Origin: an uncultured Candidatus Saccharibacteria bacterium
GTDB taxonomy: Bacteria; Patescibacteriota; Minisyncoccia; Phycocordibacterales; UBA5272
Direction of reading: 5' to 3'
NCBI GenBank assembly: GCA_964621595.1
Contig: CAZUPO010000001.1
Location: 14,758 to 78,757 of the forward strand
Length of the DNA: 64,000 bases
Shown: in pieces, positions 10,776 through 20,531 of the stretch
How positions within the stretch are numbered: position 1 is the stretch's first letter
Layout: each line of letters begins with the position of its first letter
Notes under the pieces: generated by a model
What the model was told of the DNA's origin: nothing
The model's input: only the letters and a program-made list of their open reading frames with translations
Database searches by the model: none
Translations under genes and position numbers: made by a program

Positions 10776-11129
10776 GTGGAAACCAGCGAAATGAAGGTAT
10801 ACCCGTTTGGACTGATGTTCCAGATCGCCGTGAGCGCCCTGCCGGCAATGAGGCGGCTCATTTGCTTGCATGTCTATGGCGGGGTTCAAACTACCACCAT
10901 TCGGTCGCAAACAGGGCTCTCGAGGAAGTTCCGCCTGCGCGTTGGAGAGAAAATTCAGGACCTCCCGGTTCCTCTACCCAGAAGCGAAGAGGTGCCCGAA
11001 CTCTCGTCCAGGGAGGTACGAAAATTGCTTGAGGACCTCGGCATCACGCCCAAGAAGTTGTCGGAAATGTTCAACATCCCCGAGGAGATCCTGAAGGAGA
11101 TGTGCCCACCCCAGCCTCCACTACAATGA
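10776..11129 (+). CDS. GC-rich islet orphan protein
   Basis: GTG start after GGAAGGA; TG-T-TATAAT at 10734-10742; terminator follows. Confidence 0.6.
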   Translation: METSEMKVYPFGLMFQIAVSALPAMRRLICLHVYGGVQTTTIRSQTGLSRKFRLRVGEKIQDLPVPLPRSEEVPELSSREVRKLLEDLGITPKKLSEMFNIPEEILKEMCPPQPPLQ

Positions 11130-11137
11130 AGCACCAA

Positions 11138-11170
11138 GCCCGGCCCGAATAAGGCCGGGCCAGTTTGTTT
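11138..11170 (+). terminator. intrinsic terminator
   Basis: GCCCGGCC-cgaataa-GGCCGGGC then CAGTTTGTTT. Confidence 0.7.
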
Positions 11171-11200
11171 ATACACTACAGAAACAACCCCAAGAATCCA

Positions 11201-14200
11201 CTACACCGCCCCACTGAGCAAATCTTCTTCGAATTGCTCTACGCCTTTGCGTGAGAGTTCGTACGTACTCGTGTCAGGAAAATCGAGATTAATAATTTTG
11301 TCATACACAACTGACACCAATTTTTGGAACCGAGAATACTCATCACCAGATATCTGAGAAAAAACTAGTTCAAGCGATGTGGTTACATCTCCATCATCTT
11401 CTTCTACAAACATAAGCACCCCGCGATCTACACTCTCGCGCCTATAGTCTCGCGAATGTTCTATAAGCATTTTATACATCATGAGCTGATACTTATAATT
11501 CCTGATCTTCATATCCTCATGAATACTTGTGCCTTTGTCCCAGCGCAAAAGCGGTTTACCTGTCTTTATATCCATGACAGTCCAACCACCTTCTTTACGT
11601 GCAATAACCCGATCAATTTTCCCTGTAATGTGTGCACCATCTACAACAACACCTTGTCTCTTGAAATCAAGTTCTGCATAAACAATATCTGGAAGTCTCT
11701 TCTTTTCTTCAGGATAATACCGCGCAAGCATTTCGACTCCGCGTGCACACATCTTCTCTTCTTCATACCCCATGAGCCGCCCACGTCGCAACTCTTTCTC
11801 AAACGAATTAGTAACGAAGGAGAGTGCTGGGACCGTTCCTTTTTCTTTATATGATTTATACATATCCTCGAGTGCTTTATGGACAGCAGTTCCATAAACA
11901 GAACTCGCATGCTTTGCTTGTGGGAAACGTAAAAGATTTTGTTCCAAGAATTTCATAGGCCCCCCGTCTATAATATTGAGAAAGTTATTCAAATGCGTTG
12001 GGGAGAGTTGATATCCTTCAAGAACTTTTTTAAGGAGTGCCTTCTCGTTGTTTGCAAATGGTGGAGCGTGGTGAACTTTGAGACCCAGAGCAAGTAGTTC
12101 CTTTGTCTTTACCACCTCTTGATCTTGCACGTACGAAGAAAGAGATTCGTGTTGTAATACTCTAAACATTTGATCGTGATACGTAATAGTTATTGAATGT
12201 CGCGCGCGCGTAAGTGCCACATAGAACAACCGTATGAAATCATCTTCATCATCGGGAGATTGCGCAAGTGGTAAGTTAATAGGGAATCGAAGTTTTGCAC
12301 TCTTACTACCACTCGCCCAGATATCATCATGAGCAGAAATAATAAACACATTACCAAATTCCAACCCCTTGGCACCGTGTGAGGTAAGGAGTGTGATTGA
12401 TTCTTCGTTGTGAGCAAATGGTGTGTTATTGATAAGGGCAATGTTGTACGCCAGATGCATATCGACAAACGGCCCCACATCACGCGTATAGAGAATCTCG
12501 CCATCTTTATATTCTCGAAGCGCTTTCACGAACACCCGAAGTGATGACAAAAAGTGTATGTAACTACTGGGATTTTTTGCGTATACCTCCTTACCAAAAT
12601 AATACTCTTTATATGGTGAAGAATAATCAACATCAACTCGAATCGGAGCGAGCACCTCGTAGAGATCATCATGCTCGTCGTCACTTACCAATGGCACATC
12701 TCTACTTCCGATCAATGTATCCAAAATAATTTCTAGAGGTGTTGTCTTTGCAAGTACCGATAGTTCAATAAGAAAATGTGCGATGAGGCGCACCTTCTCT
12801 CCTGTAGAATCTTTCATCGCAGCAAGCCACGAACAGTGTTCGCGTTTTGCATATTCTGCTATTTCCCACACTGTGATACGATCCAATCCCCAAAATGGAA
12901 ATGACAAAATCTCTGGTAAAAGGTGATCTGCATCCCCTCGTTCGTCTAACATCGCAGAGAGGAAACGACAGAGTATTACGAGTTCTTTTACATGTTGTTC
13001 ATCGAACACATTTTCTTCTCGTGTGTATGTATACGGGATAGAGAGTGCATCAAGGTATGGGAGTATCGCACGCAATTGCTTGTGCTCACGTGCGATGACA
13101 ACAATCTCCTCTTTCTTTTCTCCTTTTTCGATGAGTGCCTGTACCTGCTCTGCGACGAATGAATACTCCTCCACATCAGAATGAAATCCATACATCCCGA
13201 TTGACCCTTTGGAGATTTTTTTATTATTCGCACGAAGATCCTTTCGAAGAGTTGGATCATGGCGCTCGAGACGATTCTTCCCTTGGGTAATTACCTCTCG
13301 CGCAACCGTAAGCACCTCCTGTGTCGAACGATAGTTTTCAACAAGGACGATTGTCGTCACGTCGGTATACAGTTTTTTGAAACGCGCAATGTTAGAAGTA
13401 TCCGCCCCTTGGAATTTGTACACCGCCTGATCATCATCCCCCACCACACACACATTCGCCCGACCTTCGTGTACCTGATTGCTAGAGAGAGCCTTCACAA
13501 GAGTGAGTTGTGCTGTGTTAGTGTCCTGGAATTCATCCACCATGATGTACTGGTACTGCTCTTCAAGTTCAGTTCGAAGTGTAGAATGTTTCTCCAGGGC
13601 ACTCACAACCTCAATAATCATATCTTCGTAATCAAAGTACCCTCTAGAAAACAATGTCTCTTGGTACTCTTTGTAGATATCTGCGAGAGCTAATAATTTC
13701 TCTGTTTGCAAACTATCTTTTAATACACGTGACTCATCCTCATCCTTGGTGGTGTAGTGTTGCTTCCATGCAGTGAGTGGGGCTGTTGTTCCCGTTGCAT
13801 CATACTCTTCGAGTGCCTCTTGTATTGCCGCTCCATAGAGCATACCAAGAGGTTCCACACGAGACATCTTCTCTTCCAAATGTTCAAACGCCTCTACTGC
13901 GCTTTTAGAAATACGCTCCGGTAAGTGCTCTTGTAGGAGCGCATTGAGTGTTGCATAGTGGCGCGCGTTTTCTTCTATGTAGGTGCGAAATGTTGCCGGA
14001 TCTAGATTCCCCTTTTTGATATCTTGTATTTTTGTTTTGACATCTTTCAAATAAGAATACCCGAGTTCTTTGTGATACGCACCAAGAGGATGCTTGTGTG
14101 GTAGACGAGAAAAAATCCTCTCAAGGATTTCGTTCTGCACAAGGTCGCTTGCCGGACGCACCCGAGCGGCATTATAAAAATATTCTGGATATTTACCCAT

Positions 14201-14509
14201 CACCTCGGTACAGAATCCGTGAAATGTGTAAATGGCCACCCGGTGCGCATCAGGGCCGATGAACTGTAACAATCTGTCACGCATGTTTGTGGACGCAGTT
14301 TCGGTAAAAGTAAGACAGAGAATATTCTCCGCGCGAGCATTTCCCACTCGCAATATCTCTCCTATACGTAGTGCAATAAGTTCCGTCTTCCCAGTTCCTG
14401 GACCCGCCAAAACAAGGAGAGGACCCTCGGTAGTTTGTACTGCTTTTTTCTGCTCTTTATTAAGGAGAGAAAACCGTTCATCAAATGTATGTATAGTCTT
14501 CTTTGCCAT
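11201..14509 (-). CDS. UvrD/PcrA-like SF1 helicase with C-terminal PD-(D/E)XK nuclease (AdnAB/AddA-like)
   Basis: LAGPGTGKT, VDEFQD, VGDDDQ, NYRS, KGLEF, YVALTRA; C-terminal GKID..DIKTG..QL..Y. Confidence 0.93.
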   Translation of the reverse strand: MAKKTIHTFDERFSLLNKEQKKAVQTTEGPLLVLAGPGTGKTELIALRIGEILRVGNARAENILCLTFTETASTNMRDRLLQFIGPDAHRVAIYTFHGFCTEVMGKYPEYFYNAARVRPASDLVQNEILERIFSRLPHKHPLGAYHKELGYSYLKDVKTKIQDIKKGNLDPATFRTYIEENARHYATLNALLQEHLPERISKSAVEAFEHLEEKMSRVEPLGMLYGAAIQEALEEYDATGTTAPLTAWKQHYTTKDEDESRVLKDSLQTEKLLALADIYKEYQETLFSRGYFDYEDMIIEVVSALEKHSTLRTELEEQYQYIMVDEFQDTNTAQLTLVKALSSNQVHEGRANVCVVGDDDQAVYKFQGADTSNIARFKKLYTDVTTIVLVENYRSTQEVLTVAREVITQGKNRLERHDPTLRKDLRANNKKISKGSIGMYGFHSDVEEYSFVAEQVQALIEKGEKKEEIVVIAREHKQLRAILPYLDALSIPYTYTREENVFDEQHVKELVILCRFLSAMLDERGDADHLLPEILSFPFWGLDRITVWEIAEYAKREHCSWLAAMKDSTGEKVRLIAHFLIELSVLAKTTPLEIILDTLIGSRDVPLVSDDEHDDLYEVLAPIRVDVDYSSPYKEYYFGKEVYAKNPSSYIHFLSSLRVFVKALREYKDGEILYTRDVGPFVDMHLAYNIALINNTPFAHNEESITLLTSHGAKGLEFGNVFIISAHDDIWASGSKSAKLRFPINLPLAQSPDDEDDFIRLFYVALTRARHSITITYHDQMFRVLQHESLSSYVQDQEVVKTKELLALGLKVHHAPPFANNEKALLKKVLEGYQLSPTHLNNFLNIIDGGPMKFLEQNLLRFPQAKHASSVYGTAVHKALEDMYKSYKEKGTVPALSFVTNSFEKELRRGRLMGYEEEKMCARGVEMLARYYPEEKKRLPDIVYAELDFKRQGVVVDGAHITGKIDRVIARKEGGWTVMDIKTGKPLLRWDKGTSIHEDMKIRNYKYQLMMYKMLIEHSRDYRRESVDRGVLMFVEEDDGDVTTSLELVFSQISGDEYSRFQKLVSVVYDKIINLDFPDTSTYELSRKGVEQFEEDLLSGAV

Positions 14510-14682
14510 GTATCTTAGTATACGTGTTATTTATAAAATAAAAATGCTGGGGAAATGTGATGTAAAAGTAGCACAATAATTTCTATATTTGTCACTATTG
14601 ACAAAATACTATAATAATAGTAGTATTAAAAGTTAAGTAGTACCCCAAATAACCCCCCCGATATCCCCTAAAAGGAACCGCC

Positions 14683-15171
14683 ATGAAAGTGCTCCAAAAA
14701 CTCGTCGACGTGGTGTGGAACCACGTCATGCAGTCCATCTTCACCCTCTTCCTCTTCAGCGCCATGGGCTTCATTACCAAGTACTCCTACAAGAGCCTCC
14801 TCCAGGAAACCGGGGTGAGCGGCCTCATCCTCCCCCTCGTGATCCTCACCTTCATCGCCACCCTCTTCTTCTGGGGGATGTGCCAGAAGGAGCCCTTCCT
14901 GCGGCTGAAGTCCCCCTGGATGTTCTTCGGGAATGGCGTTGGCGCCCTAGCGATGCTCATCATCATCATCGCGTGGATGGCCCTCGCGTGGACCATGTCG
15001 GAAGGCCTGGGCTGGTACTTCAGCCCCGAAGACGCCCACTATCTGATCCACGGGTCGGTTAACATCTCCGGCTTGGCGATGATCGGCTGCGCGGCGCTGT
15101 ACTTCTTCGATGTCGGGGTGGCGGACTGGATCCGCCAACGGCTCGAGAAGTTCCGCTTCATCAAGAAGTAA
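14683..15171 (+). CDS. GC-rich islet multi-pass membrane protein
   Basis: TTGACA-17-TAGTAT (14598-14626), AAAGGA SD, about 4 TM helices, hairpins after stop. Confidence 0.75.
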   Translation: MKVLQKLVDVVWNHVMQSIFTLFLFSAMGFITKYSYKSLLQETGVSGLILPLVILTFIATLFFWGMCQKEPFLRLKSPWMFFGNGVGALAMLIIIIAWMALAWTMSEGLGWYFSPEDAHYLIHGSVNISGLAMIGCAALYFFDVGVADWIRQRLEKFRFIKK

Positions 15172-15207
15172 ACCCAACCTGGACGACGGAGGCGTCCAGG
15201 TGTAGTA

Positions 15208-15241
15208 CCCCCCGGTTAACCATACCGGGGGTTATAGTTTT
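15208..15241 (+). terminator. intrinsic terminator
   Basis: CCCCCGGT...ACCGGGGG then TTATAGTTTT. Confidence 0.65.
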
Positions 15242-15398
15242 ATATACAGAAAAAATTTCTTACCAGTTTCGAATATCTAAACAAATTTTAATAAAAAAAA
15301 TAGACAGATTAATTTTAAAACAATGTATTTGACAGATCGTCAATATATATGGTATAATATATATTAGTCGTCCCCTACAACCAACGAAAGGTCCGCCC

Positions 15399-15881
15399 AT
15401 GACCACCGAATACCGCACTCTCGAACCGAACGTGTTCACCCCCGTCGACGCGACGTTCATCACCAACAACCCGAACCTCCCCTTCAACTGGCTGATCCCG
15501 GGCATCGACGACATCCTCATGAACCTCGAGATCTGGCAGATCGGCCTGGTCATCCTCGCCTTCATCATGCTGAACTTCATCAACCGGCTGCGCGATCGCA
15601 TCAAGCAGCACGAGCAGTGGAAGTCGCAAGCCGCGCCGGAAATCGTCGCGAAGTACGCGGCGGAGAACACTCCGGCCGCGTGCGTGAAGAAGGTCATCGC
15701 CTTCTTCCGCGAGTACAAGTTCGGCGCGGCGTTCAAGCGCGTCGTGATGGTGGTCGGCGGCACGATCTGCGCCGCCATCATCATGTACTTCTTCGCCGGC
15801 ACCGCCGGCGCCTTCTGGGCCGCCGCAAGCGCCCTCGGCATGTTGTACCAAGCGACGAAAAAAAAGGAGGTGACGGACTAG
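15399..15881 (+). CDS. GC-rich islet membrane protein
   Basis: TTGACA-18-TATAAT upstream, GAAAGG SD, about 3 TM helices. Confidence 0.75.
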   Translation: MTTEYRTLEPNVFTPVDATFITNNPNLPFNWLIPGIDDILMNLEIWQIGLVILAFIMLNFINRLRDRIKQHEQWKSQAAPEIVAKYAAENTPAACVKKVIAFFREYKFGAAFKRVVMVVGGTICAAIIMYFFAGTAGAFWAAASALGMLYQATKKKEVTD

Positions 15882-15906
15882 AAACCCCACCCACCCCCTG
15901 CGGCAC

Positions 15907-15937
15907 AACGGCCGGAGCCTCGCGCTCCGGCCGTTTT
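15907..15937 (+). terminator. intrinsic terminator
   Basis: AACGGCCGGAGC-ctcgc-GCTCCGGCCGTTTT. Confidence 0.8.
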
Positions 15938-16112
15938 AACTTTTATACTGCCGACAAACAAACTATTTTACCTTCTTTGGTTTCTTTTTTTCTTTACGAT
16001 GAAATTTTTCTTCTTTTGCCATATGCAGAGAAGTGTATATCAAAAATCAATCCTCATATGTGGATAGGATCACTTTTTGGTACATGGTGTAAATCTATGG
16101 TAGAGTGATTCT

Positions 16113-16365
16113 ACCTAGCCGTTTCTTGCCCCCGCTTGTGTCTCCCACTTGCACAGGGTGCCGGACTAATGAGAGATCTCTATCTCGCACAAGCGCTTGA
16201 CCAAAAAGAGTCGCCTGCGCAGTGTTGACGGCCATGGTCTGCATTTCGTCGTGTGAGTATCTAGTAGGAGTGGGGGTTTCCTCTGAGCCCCTGGGGTCCG
16301 ACCGAACCACGACGTAAATGCTCCCTCGATTACTTCCTCCGGGAAGTGCTCGAGGGTTCTTTGTT
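16113..16365 (+). ncRNA. candidate structured ncRNA C (unknown class, strand tentative)
   Basis: TG-G-TAGAGT upstream; stems CGCTTGTG/CACAAGCG, GACCA/TGGTC, GCATTTCGTCGTG/CACGACGTAAATGC; terminal hairpin plus TTCTTTGTTT; no convincing ORF. Confidence 0.45.
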
Positions 16366-16376
16366 TATACATCATA

Positions 16377-16727
16377 CTAGTTACACATTTTTGATATAGT
16401 TCTGCCGTGATTACGTGCATCCTCGTCATTTGCAAAATAGATTCTATTTTTAGTGAGAATGTTTTGACTCCCCTTACACCAAGAGAATGTATACGTTGTT
16501 CCGTGAACGCTTCCAAAGGGTCGTGTATCTGTTCCACTACGAACCTGAGGAACCGTTGCTGATTCCCTATAAACAATGTCCTTGCTGTCTCCATTTTCAA
16601 ACGATTGGTAGAGGAGCAATCCCGCTAGCGGTATAAGTAATAAGAAAAGAGCAAGTATGTCCCCTATCTGTATACTGCTATTGATTTTTTGCAACTTTTC
16701 TTGTATACTAGTGTCCATAATCATCAA
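16377..16727 (-). CDS. membrane-anchored protein with Ada-metal-binding-like C-terminal domain
   Basis: TM helix then GS..GTTY..SWC....I..KNRIYF...DA...G.....C. Confidence 0.65.
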   Translation of the reverse strand: MMIMDTSIQEKLQKINSSIQIGDILALFLLLIPLAGLLLYQSFENGDSKDIVYRESATVPQVRSGTDTRPFGSVHGTTYTFSWCKGSQNILTKNRIYFANDEDARNHGRTISKMCN

Positions 16728-16744
16728 GTTATAAGTATACCTCT

Positions 16745-17026
16745 ATGGCAACAAGAAAGGCCGCAGGTTCGGCAAAAAACCTAACAGACAGTAAGCCAAA
16801 GTACTTAGGTACCAAGCTTTACGCAGGCGAAATGGCGTCCGCTGGGGCTATTATCGTTCGTCAGCGTGGAACAAAGATCATCGCTGGTAAAAACGTAGGT
16901 ATGGGCAAGGATCACACCCTCTACGCACGAAAGAGTGGCGTAGTATCATTCAGTGAAAAGAGAATGAAGCACCTCGACGGTTCCATGAAGCGAAAGAAGG
17001 TAGCGAATATAACCGAAGCAAAGTAG
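16745..17026 (+). CDS. rpmA: 50S ribosomal protein L27
   Basis: [33 protein letters not shown]. Confidence 0.97.
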   Translation: MATRKAAGSAKNLTDSKPKYLGTKLYAGEMASAGAIIVRQRGTKIIAGKNVGMGKDHTLYARKSGVVSFSEKRMKHLDGSMKRKKVANITEAK

Positions 17027-17047
17027 TACCAAAAGTACTCTAGAACT

Positions 17048-17089
17048 AACAAAAATACCGCCAGTTGACCTGGTGGTATTTTTGTTTTT
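17048..17089. terminator. bidirectional terminator between rpmA and rplI
   Basis: AACAAAAATACCGCCAG-ttgac-CTGGTGGTATTTTTGTT between convergent genes. Confidence 0.8.
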
Positions 17090-17109
17090 CTTTAACCATC
17101 TAGGTACGG

Positions 17110-17550
17110 TTACATCACTGTGACCTTGATCGTTTCTTTTCTTCCAGACTCTTCCAAGATACACACGTGCTCTCCGAGAGATTTTATAATTTTTGGAAAA
17201 TGAATTTGCTTATTGGAAACAGATATCTTTGTTCGAGAAAAAATTGCATCCATTATATCAACGTCTTTGATCTGCGCAAAGAGTTGTCCTTTCTCATCAT
17301 GGCGCTTGCCAGTTATAACAATTGGATCTTTTTTGAGCGCTTCCACTACTTGCACAAAAGTATTGGTTGCTAATTCTTTTTCCCGACGTTTTGCATCTTC
17401 TTTTGACTTCCACTTTGCAAGTTCGCTTGATGTTGCAAGTACTGCTTGTCCCTTTTTAATAAGCACGTTAGTGCCGTATCCATCTGCTACATCTTTCACC
17501 TCGCCACGTCTTCCCACTCGCGCAATATCTTGCAGTAATATCACTTTCAT
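17110..17550 (-). CDS. rplI: 50S ribosomal protein L9
   Basis: MKVILLQD..RVG..GEVKDVADGY..N.L; IKSLG. Confidence 0.95.
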   Translation of the reverse strand: MKVILLQDIARVGRRGEVKDVADGYGTNVLIKKGQAVLATSSELAKWKSKEDAKRREKELATNTFVQVVEALKKDPIVITGKRHDEKGQLFAQIKDVDIMDAIFSRTKISVSNKQIHFPKIIKSLGEHVCILEESGRKETIKVTVM

Positions 17551-17686
17551 ATTGGCAAGTATACCATTTTTACTCATCTGTTTACATAGCCACACAGCAC
17601 GTGCTTTGTTGAATTTTGTATCTACTATTCCCTACCACCTACAACCTATTCCCTACCACCTACCACCTATCCCCTATTACCTATCC

Positions 17687-18940
17687 CTACTTCATCCCTT
17701 TTACTACTTCGATTGCTTTCTTCAACTGTACATCAACCGGTGTCCCATCTTTGTTCTTTGGAGTACTAGTTCCAATCTCTACTTTTACATCAGGAACGAT
17801 ACCACTTTCTGAAATGTTAACGCCACCCGGTGTGTACCACTTAGCAACAGTTACTTTGAGAGATGAGCCATCGGTAAAGTTGAGTAATTCTTGAACAGAT
17901 CCTTTTCCAAATGTCTTTGTACCAACAACTTTTGCAATGCCATGATCCTTGAGCGCTCCGGAGAAAATTTCTGAAGCCGATGCAGATCCACCATCAACAA
18001 GCACAACTATTTTTATTCCAGTAGGAAGACCTTTGATGCCAGTACTTCGATGATTTAATTCTGTTTCGTTCTTGCCTTGCTTTTCGCTCACCACCACCTG
18101 ACCCTCACTTAAGAAGTAACTAGACATATTCACCGCCGCTTCCAAATACCCACCTGGGTTACCACGAAGATCGATAATCAAGTACTTCAATTTAGAATTA
18201 ACAAATTCTTCTAGACCCTTGCGGAAAAGATCTGGTGATTCTGCAGAGAAATTGTAAAGTTTAATAATAAAGACGCCATCTTTCTTCTCTGTATCGAGTG
18301 TTGGGATTTTGATCTCTTTTCTCACAATAGAAATATCTTTCGTTACTTTTTCCCCAGGATGAAGTACAGTTATAGTTACCTTTGTATCGAGTTCACCACG
18401 TATCAACGAAACTGCTTCATCAGATTGCATACCAATCATATTCTTTCCGTCCACCGCAGTGATGATATCTCCAGCTTTTATACCAGCTTTCATTGCAGGA
18501 GAATCCTTGAGCGGAGCGATAACCACGATGTTCCCATCCTTCATTCCGACATTCATACCAACTCCACCGAATGACCCTTTCACATTCTCGGCAAAATTCT
18601 TTGCTTCTTTTGGTGGAAAGAATATCGTATACGGATCTTTGTAACTTGCTACATAACCACTGATCATTCCATATTCACGCTCTTTGAGTGTTGGAAGTGT
18701 TGAAGATGACTTCCAGAAAACGAACTTCTCATCGATTTTGGACTGAACCTGGGTGAGCAAATCAAGACTGATAGCATTTGAATCTACGTTTTGTGCATAA
18801 GACACAGAACTAGTCGCATTACCAAGAAGAAATCCTGTCGCAAAGATTCCAAAGACAAGACTTCCGATTGCAATGCTTTTAATAACTAAACCTTTTGTGA
18901 TGTGGCTTGATGTGTGTGGGTGTGAAGATTCGTGATCCAT
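17687..18940 (-). CDS. ctpA: S41 C-terminal processing protease with PDZ domain (CtpA-like)
   Basis: DPYT, IDLRGNPGG, SASASEI, TFGKGSVQ. Confidence 0.92.
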   Translation of the reverse strand: MDHESSHPHTSSHITKGLVIKSIAIGSLVFGIFATGFLLGNATSSVSYAQNVDSNAISLDLLTQVQSKIDEKFVFWKSSSTLPTLKEREYGMISGYVASYKDPYTIFFPPKEAKNFAENVKGSFGGVGMNVGMKDGNIVVIAPLKDSPAMKAGIKAGDIITAVDGKNMIGMQSDEAVSLIRGELDTKVTITVLHPGEKVTKDISIVRKEIKIPTLDTEKKDGVFIIKLYNFSAESPDLFRKGLEEFVNSKLKYLIIDLRGNPGGYLEAAVNMSSYFLSEGQVVVSEKQGKNETELNHRSTGIKGLPTGIKIVVLVDGGSASASEIFSGALKDHGIAKVVGTKTFGKGSVQELLNFTDGSSLKVTVAKWYTPGGVNISESGIVPDVKVEIGTSTPKNKDGTPVDVQLKKAIEVVKGMK

Positions 18941-19019
18941 ACGTTACCTTTATATTTCTTATGTTATAGAGAAGAGTATACACAAGATATGCTACAATGA
19001 AAGGAATATCCGGGAACCC

Positions 19020-20402
19020 ATGCAATCACTTCGTATCTATAATACAAAAACGAGAACTGTAGAAGAATTCAAATCCATTACTCCAGGAGTAGCACTTGTC
19101 TACTCGTGTGGACCAACAGTCTATCATTATGCTCATCTTGGAAATTTGCGTGCCTTTATCTTTGCAGATATCTTACGAAGAACACTAGAGGCGCACAACT
19201 ATAGTGTTAAACATGTGATCAACATAACAGATGTTGGCCACCTTACATCCGACGGTGACACAGGTGAAGACAAACTCGAGAAAGGTGCGAGTCGTGAAGG
19301 AAAGACTGTCTGGGAAGTAGCACAGTATTACGAAAATGAATTTAGAAAAGATCTCACACTATTACAGATCCCCTTAACTGCATACCAATTTCCGCGAGCT
19401 ACCGATTACATACAAGAACAAATTGACCTTATCCGAGTTCTTGAAGAAAAAGGATTCACCTACGACACAAGTGATGGGATATATTTTGATACTGCGAAAT
19501 TCCCTCACTATGGAGAACTGGCTCACCTCGATATCGAAGGATTACGTAGTGGCGCTCGAGTTGAAGAAAATACAGAGAAGAGAAACGTAACCGACTTTGC
19601 ACTTTGGAAATTTTCACCAAAAAATGAAAAGCGGCAGATGGAATGGGATTCTCCATGGGGAATTGGCTTTCCTGGGTGGCATATCGAGTGTTCTGCCATG
19701 TCACAAAAATTACTCGGCAAACATTTTGATATCCATACCGGAGGAATTGATCATATTTCTGTACACCATGAAAACGAAATTGCTCAGAGTGAATCTGCTA
19801 CAGGAGAACCATTTGTAAACTATTGGATGCACGTTAACTTCTTACTAGATACTACTGGTAAAATGTCAAAGTCTTCTGGTGATTTCTTGCGCCTCCAAAC
19901 TCTTACGGATAAGGGCTTGAACCCACTTGCGTATCGTTACTTCACTCTCACTGCCCACTATCGTAAAGAATTAACCTTCTCCTATGAAGCCCTCCAAGCA
20001 TCGAGCGTAGCGTACACGAAGTTGGTACATTTCGTCCTTGCTCATAGAAAGAACGGCGGAGAGATACTCCCAACGTATCTTGATGCGTGCAAGGAAGCAC
20101 TAGCAAATGACCTGAACTCTCCAGAAGCAATCGCCGTGATATGGAAAATGATGAAAGATACTACATTTGAAAAAAGTCACATCTGCGCCACATTGCTTGC
20201 GATAGACTCTATGCTTGGCCTTGGGCTACGAGAACTCCAGGAAGTACACATTCCACATGAAGTGGAACATCTTCTCGTAGAACGAACCACCGCACGTGAG
20301 AAGAAGGATTGGGCAACATCCGATCGAATCCGTGACGAAATACAAGCTAAAGGATTCACCGTACAAGATACTGACGAAGGACAAATCCTTCTCCAAGGAT
20401 AG
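19020..20402 (+). CDS. cysS: cysteine-tRNA ligase
   Basis: CGPTVY, HLGN, PGWHIECS, HHENE, KMSKS. Confidence 0.98.
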   Translation: MQSLRIYNTKTRTVEEFKSITPGVALVYSCGPTVYHYAHLGNLRAFIFADILRRTLEAHNYSVKHVINITDVGHLTSDGDTGEDKLEKGASREGKTVWEVAQYYENEFRKDLTLLQIPLTAYQFPRATDYIQEQIDLIRVLEEKGFTYDTSDGIYFDTAKFPHYGELAHLDIEGLRSGARVEENTEKRNVTDFALWKFSPKNEKRQMEWDSPWGIGFPGWHIECSAMSQKLLGKHFDIHTGGIDHISVHHENEIAQSESATGEPFVNYWMHVNFLLDTTGKMSKSSGDFLRLQTLTDKGLNPLAYRYFTLTAHYRKELTFSYEALQASSVAYTKLVHFVLAHRKNGGEILPTYLDACKEALANDLNSPEAIAVIWKMMKDTTFEKSHICATLLAIDSMLGLGLRELQEVHIPHEVEHLLVERTTAREKKDWATSDRIRDEIQAKGFTVQDTDEGQILLQG

Positions 20403-20531
20403 ACACTCCTCGTGATGTGTGTTCCTTTTCCTTTATAGAATTTACGTTTTTTACTATCCACGCTATCCACGTCTAAAAACATATTTTTTCTTTGCGCAAG
20501 TAAGATTGTTTCCTGTACAATGTGACTCATC

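Noticed and set aside
14637-15211. 10-bp direct repeat GTAGTACCCC flanking an islet ORF as a target-site duplication
   Set aside because: Lies inside the promoter-terminator unit and has no counterpart in other islets
16120-16300. RNase P RNA on minus strand (GAGGAAAC...)
   Set aside because: Only a partial CR-I match and no convincing CR-V; the T-run favours the plus strand; left for cmscan
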